Assembly: GCF_004010195.1 (NCBI RefSeq)
Contig: NC_057726.1
Location: forward strand, 57,977,559 to 58,041,558
Reading direction: 5' to 3'
From: Chiloscyllium plagiosum
Lineage: Eukaryota
DNA length: 64,000 nucleotides
This document shows, piece by piece, positions 59,941-64,000 of this stretch. The position numbers and the translations under genes are program-made. Numbering within the stretch: the stretch's first letter is position 1; every line of letters starts with the position of its first letter. The notes beneath the pieces are model-generated. The model saw only the letters and a list, made by a program, of their open reading frames with translations, made no database searches and was not told the origin of the DNA.

Positions 59941-62900
59941 TGTCACAGATTTGTTGGCTTACAGGGTGAATAGAGAGTGTTAGAATGCAGACTTGTTTCA
60001 TCTTGACACCAGTGCAGCTTTAATCTTGTCTATTCAAGTGGAGGTCAGTAGAAATGTTACCGACACAGTTGTTACGAAGTACCCTAGTAGCTCATTCACT
60101 GTAGCTTGGGTAGAGACTACTTTTCACACAAGGTGTTTGGAGTTAAAATGTAGATAACACCCAAAACTGAGATTGTGATTTCCAAGTCATTATTTATTGT
60201 CCATGACAGTACTGGTCCAAATGTACTCGACAAATTCCTTTTGGAGGGAGATGCTTTCAGGACTGATTGACTTATATTAGTTCATATAGTTAATTGCAAA
60301 TTAAATTGTTTATTTAAACATGTCTGCACTTGTCGATTGGTTTACTCACTATCAGGATATGAGAAAGATTGCTGTCTGATCATTCATATCCTGAAAGAAT
60401 GTGAACAAGCCCATTTTTTGCTTGATGTACAAATTTATTTTTTTATTATCTATCCAGTTAAATACTAACTCATGGGGTGCCACAAGTTGGAAATGCTGTA
60501 AGATTAGCTTTTTTATATAATTTGCAAGCTCTTCATTTGGTACCTTAATTGGGAGTCCACTCACCCTGAGACTGTCTATTCATCAAGAAAGCAGGTTCAC
60601 CACTTTCAAAATTATGTACTGCACAACGGTAGGATCAAAAACAAAAGAGGCAACATTGACCCATGGGCTCCACAAATGTCCAGACCTTTTCACAAATTAC
60701 CTTGAAGGTCATGAGCCAATGCTAATTTGATGTCCATTTGCAAAGGGGATCTCTCTGACTCTGTTTGAAATGATTTTGTGAAGGACAGACCTGCTTTGAC
60801 AATAACAATTAGCATTAGAATCTGGAGATATTTTCCTGCCCACATGATTTGATGTTTCTCAAGGAAGAGCTATTCACCCATAAAAGATGATGTACATATT
60901 GTGGCACATTGGGTAGTGATGCTACCTCTGAACCAGAAACTACAGGTTCGTGCCACTCGTAGACCTGATGGCAAAGGAAAGTGCATTCACAATCTGACAA
61001 AAATAGGTTGAACATCAACTGGTGAATCCTTCCATCACATGCCAATGACATACCATAACACTGGAAGTGATTCCTGGGAAGCTATATACATTGGGAGCTT
61101 CTACTATGATTGTCCATAGCTCCAGACTACCACATACGTGTAAAAGTGCACATTGCCATGACAGCTCAGAATCCTTGGCACTCAGTTGGCTTCATGGTCA
61201 GATTAGTACCAACAGTTTGGAGTTAAATTCCCGCATCATTGAATGCAGCCCTCCAAGGCAATTCTCACGCAGCCTACTTGATTTACACCAGAGCTCAGGG
61301 TTTGATTTCCCACTTGGGCTGTACTAGATTCTAGACATATCTCATTGTCCTGTCTGTGGCAGAGGTTGTTTTGCTGTGGATCAAAAATGCCTTTGGACAG
61401 AGAACAGAAGAAAAATGGAAAGTATAATTTTATGTTGTTTGTAGAGAGCTCGGAATGAATGTTTGAATGGTTTTCAATTCAGGGTGCCAAATAATAATGT
61501 GTCATTCTATTGGTCCAGCAGCCACTTGGAGAGCTGGGAAATACAGTCAATGATTCTCCACTATTTTGAGTCCAAGGTGTCATTATTTTGAACTAACGGC
61601 AAGCAAAGACAGAACAGATGGAGAACTGATGTGTGCACAATTGGGCCTTTTCCAAAGTGTTATGAAACTAATTACTCGATTTGCCACTCTCAACAAGAGG
61701 TCAATTTAAATGAAATATTTGATGTCGTTTGTGATGACAATGGTTGTGAACTAAGTCCACATAACCAAATGAACCATCGTTCAGACAAGCTGATATGTAG
61801 CAGCAAGCAATGGGTTTAGTTCCATCCTCATACTCTGTTAGGCATTTACACCAAGGATCTGTCTGGGTCTTGCTGCTTTTCGCCTTGGACTGCTTCAGGA
61901 TCTGAGGAGTTGTGAATGATGCTGAACATTGTGCAGTTCGAAGAACATCCTACTTCTGACCTTATGACTGAGGGAGGGACACTGAAGCAATTGAAGGTGG
62001 TTGGGCTAGGACACTAACCTGAGAAACACCTGCAGAGGTGTCCTGGAATTGAGAGGATAGACCTCCAACAACTTCAATCATCTTTTGTGTTCGATATATG
62101 ATTCAACCAGCAGAGAGATTTGCCCCTAATTCTTACTGATTTCAGTTGCCACAGTTGGCCAACTGCAGCCTTTACCAAGGCAAAATATGTTTTTCCCTTT
62201 CACTTCAAGTTGAATTAAATTTAAATGTTATGAATTCAAGCAGATAAAATGTGTGGAAAACACAATGTGGCTTATGGTTTAGTTTCTGTAATGGTTTAGT
62301 TACACAGTTCACAGCAAAGGATGCAGAAGAGTCATTACTCAGAAGCTGCAGTATAGCTTGGCATCCCCAATTGTCCTGGAGGAGGTGGTGGTAAGCAGCT
62401 TCCTTGAACTGGGGCAGTCCTTGGGGTGTAGATGCACCTCAATGCTGTTAAAAAGGCAACAGGAAAGGACAGGCAACTTAGAATGTTGTTGTTACCTGTC
62501 ACTGAGAAACAAAAATATGTACATAGGCTGAAATACAGTGGAAACACTTAGAGCTGAATAAAATACAATTAATTTATTACATGCTTAAACAAATAACACA
62601 CACTTTTAACTGCTAGAGATATCTTAATCACTGTCTTTCACTACCCTGGTTTCTGTAACTAACCCCAAACATTATTACCGGGGAGAGTTGGCAGCTGGCC
62701 AGGCTGAAACTCTGCTCGACTTCTTCACCATTGGATACCTCCCACAGTGTTATTCTTCGAAGTTCTGCTGAACAAAGCATTTTTCTCAGGCTCGTTATAC
62801 ACCGGTCTCTGCCCCAGGTGTATGCCTTATTTGGAATTGTCTGTGCACGTGACCAATCCCGAATATTTTGTCCAAATGTATGCCTTATTTGGTAGAGATG

Positions 62901-63676
62901 ACAGTTATTGATTTCCTGCCATCTTGGCTTTTAGCAGACCTGAATGACTCAGTGTAATTCCACTCACATAATAGCCTATTGTGAAACCTCTTATCAGTTT
63001 CTATTATCTTTAGCCTTATCCAACATCTTCCTCCTTTTGGACCAAAACTTTACCTGAGGATCATCCCTATTGGGTTTACTATATCTTAGAGACAGTGCCT
63101 CCTTATGTTATTACATTTGTGTTATTTTAAATGCCATTTAGGTTATTGTACTTATCAAACCATAGTCATAAATGTAAAGAAAGTTACAAATCAGTTTACA
63201 ATATCTTATTCATTTTCCTTTTGTTCTGTAGCAAACACACATTATTAAATGCTTTCCCAATTTTCCAAGGTACGCATAATGTCAATTCAAATGACAGTGA
63301 ACGAATAGTTAAAAAAGATGCAATTAATTAGCTATACCTAGATTATTCTTACTCTGTAATCAGCAAACATTACAAAATCTCTTCCATATGAACCATCTTT
63401 TGGTATCTGTTGTCAGTCCCTTCCATTTCTTAACTTTCCGTTTTAATAAACAAAAATGACTATTGCAACATTGAATATAAAAATTGCAGTAAAACAATCA
63501 CGCGACATAATTCTGATACATGAATGGACCTGAGTTTTCATCCCCAATCCCACATTTTATTCTAGAAACTTGGAGCCTGCAAGTCCCTATATCTGCCTTT
63601 TCTGCATGAGTTTTAATCTCCTTAGGCACAGCCCATTTATGGATAACTTGCTTTGCCTTGAAAATTAGATTTTTTT

Positions 63677-63956
63677 AGATTAGATTACTTACAGTGTGGA
63701 AACAGGCCCTTCGGCCCTACAAGTCCACACCGACCCGCCGAAGCGCAACCCACCCATACCCCTTACCTAATACTACGGGCAATTTAGCATAGCCAATTCA
63801 CCTGACATGCACATCTTTGGACTGTGGGAGGAAACCGGAGCACCCGGAGGAAACCCACGCAGACACGGGGAGAATGTGCAAACTCCACACAGTCAGTCGC
63901 CTGAGGCGGGAATTGAACCCGGGTCTCTAGCGCTGTGAGGCAGCAGTGCTAGCCAC
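63677..63956 (-). mobile_element. HE1-type SINE
   Basis: Minus GTGGCTAGCACTGCTGCCTCACAGCGCTAGAGACCCGGGTTCAATTCCCGCC, V-domain, TAATCTAATCT tail. Confidence 0.9.
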
Positions 63957-64000
63957 AATGATCTTCACCCAGTCTGCAGTGAAGTTTGGAATGGACGTAA

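Noticed and set aside
59300-64000. TRADD coding exons
   Set aside because: No TRADD-like peptide recognised on the plus strand; partner gene left unnamed
1-64000. CRISPR array or prokaryotic operon
   Set aside because: Eukaryotic spliced genes and vertebrate TEs throughout; no repeat-spacer array

Overview
Repeat-rich vertebrate genomic DNA, almost certainly from a cartilaginous fish (shark-type HE1 SINEs, HER1/CR1 LINEs, Deu-domain SINE). Two spliced genes lie on the minus strand. HSF4 is represented by coding exons 1 and 2 (15818-15723 and 2703-2595); the rest of the gene is off the left edge. FBXL8 has a complete 371-aa CDS in two exons (34357-34221 and 29007-28029) and a probable non-coding first exon in a CpG-island bidirectional promoter at ~56560-57210; the divergent partner is TRADD in human synteny, but no partner CDS was recognised here. 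Most of the remainder is decayed mobile DNA: CR1/HER1, RTE and L2/CR1-group LINEs, SINEs, Penelope-like termini, a Tigger/pogo transposase, a Ty1/copia remnant and two N gaps. The most striking signal lies between HSF4 and FBXL8 and appears to be the 5' end of an R2 retrotransposon outside rDNA. It begins with the 28S rRNA leader exactly at the -28 self-cleavage site, followed by a recognisable HDV-like ribozyme core and three zinc fingers plus a Myb domain. Several Penelope-like termini also carry minimal hammerhead ribozyme motifs. All family assignments come from reading the sequence and recalling consensus sequences, not from database searches; repeat boundaries are approximate.
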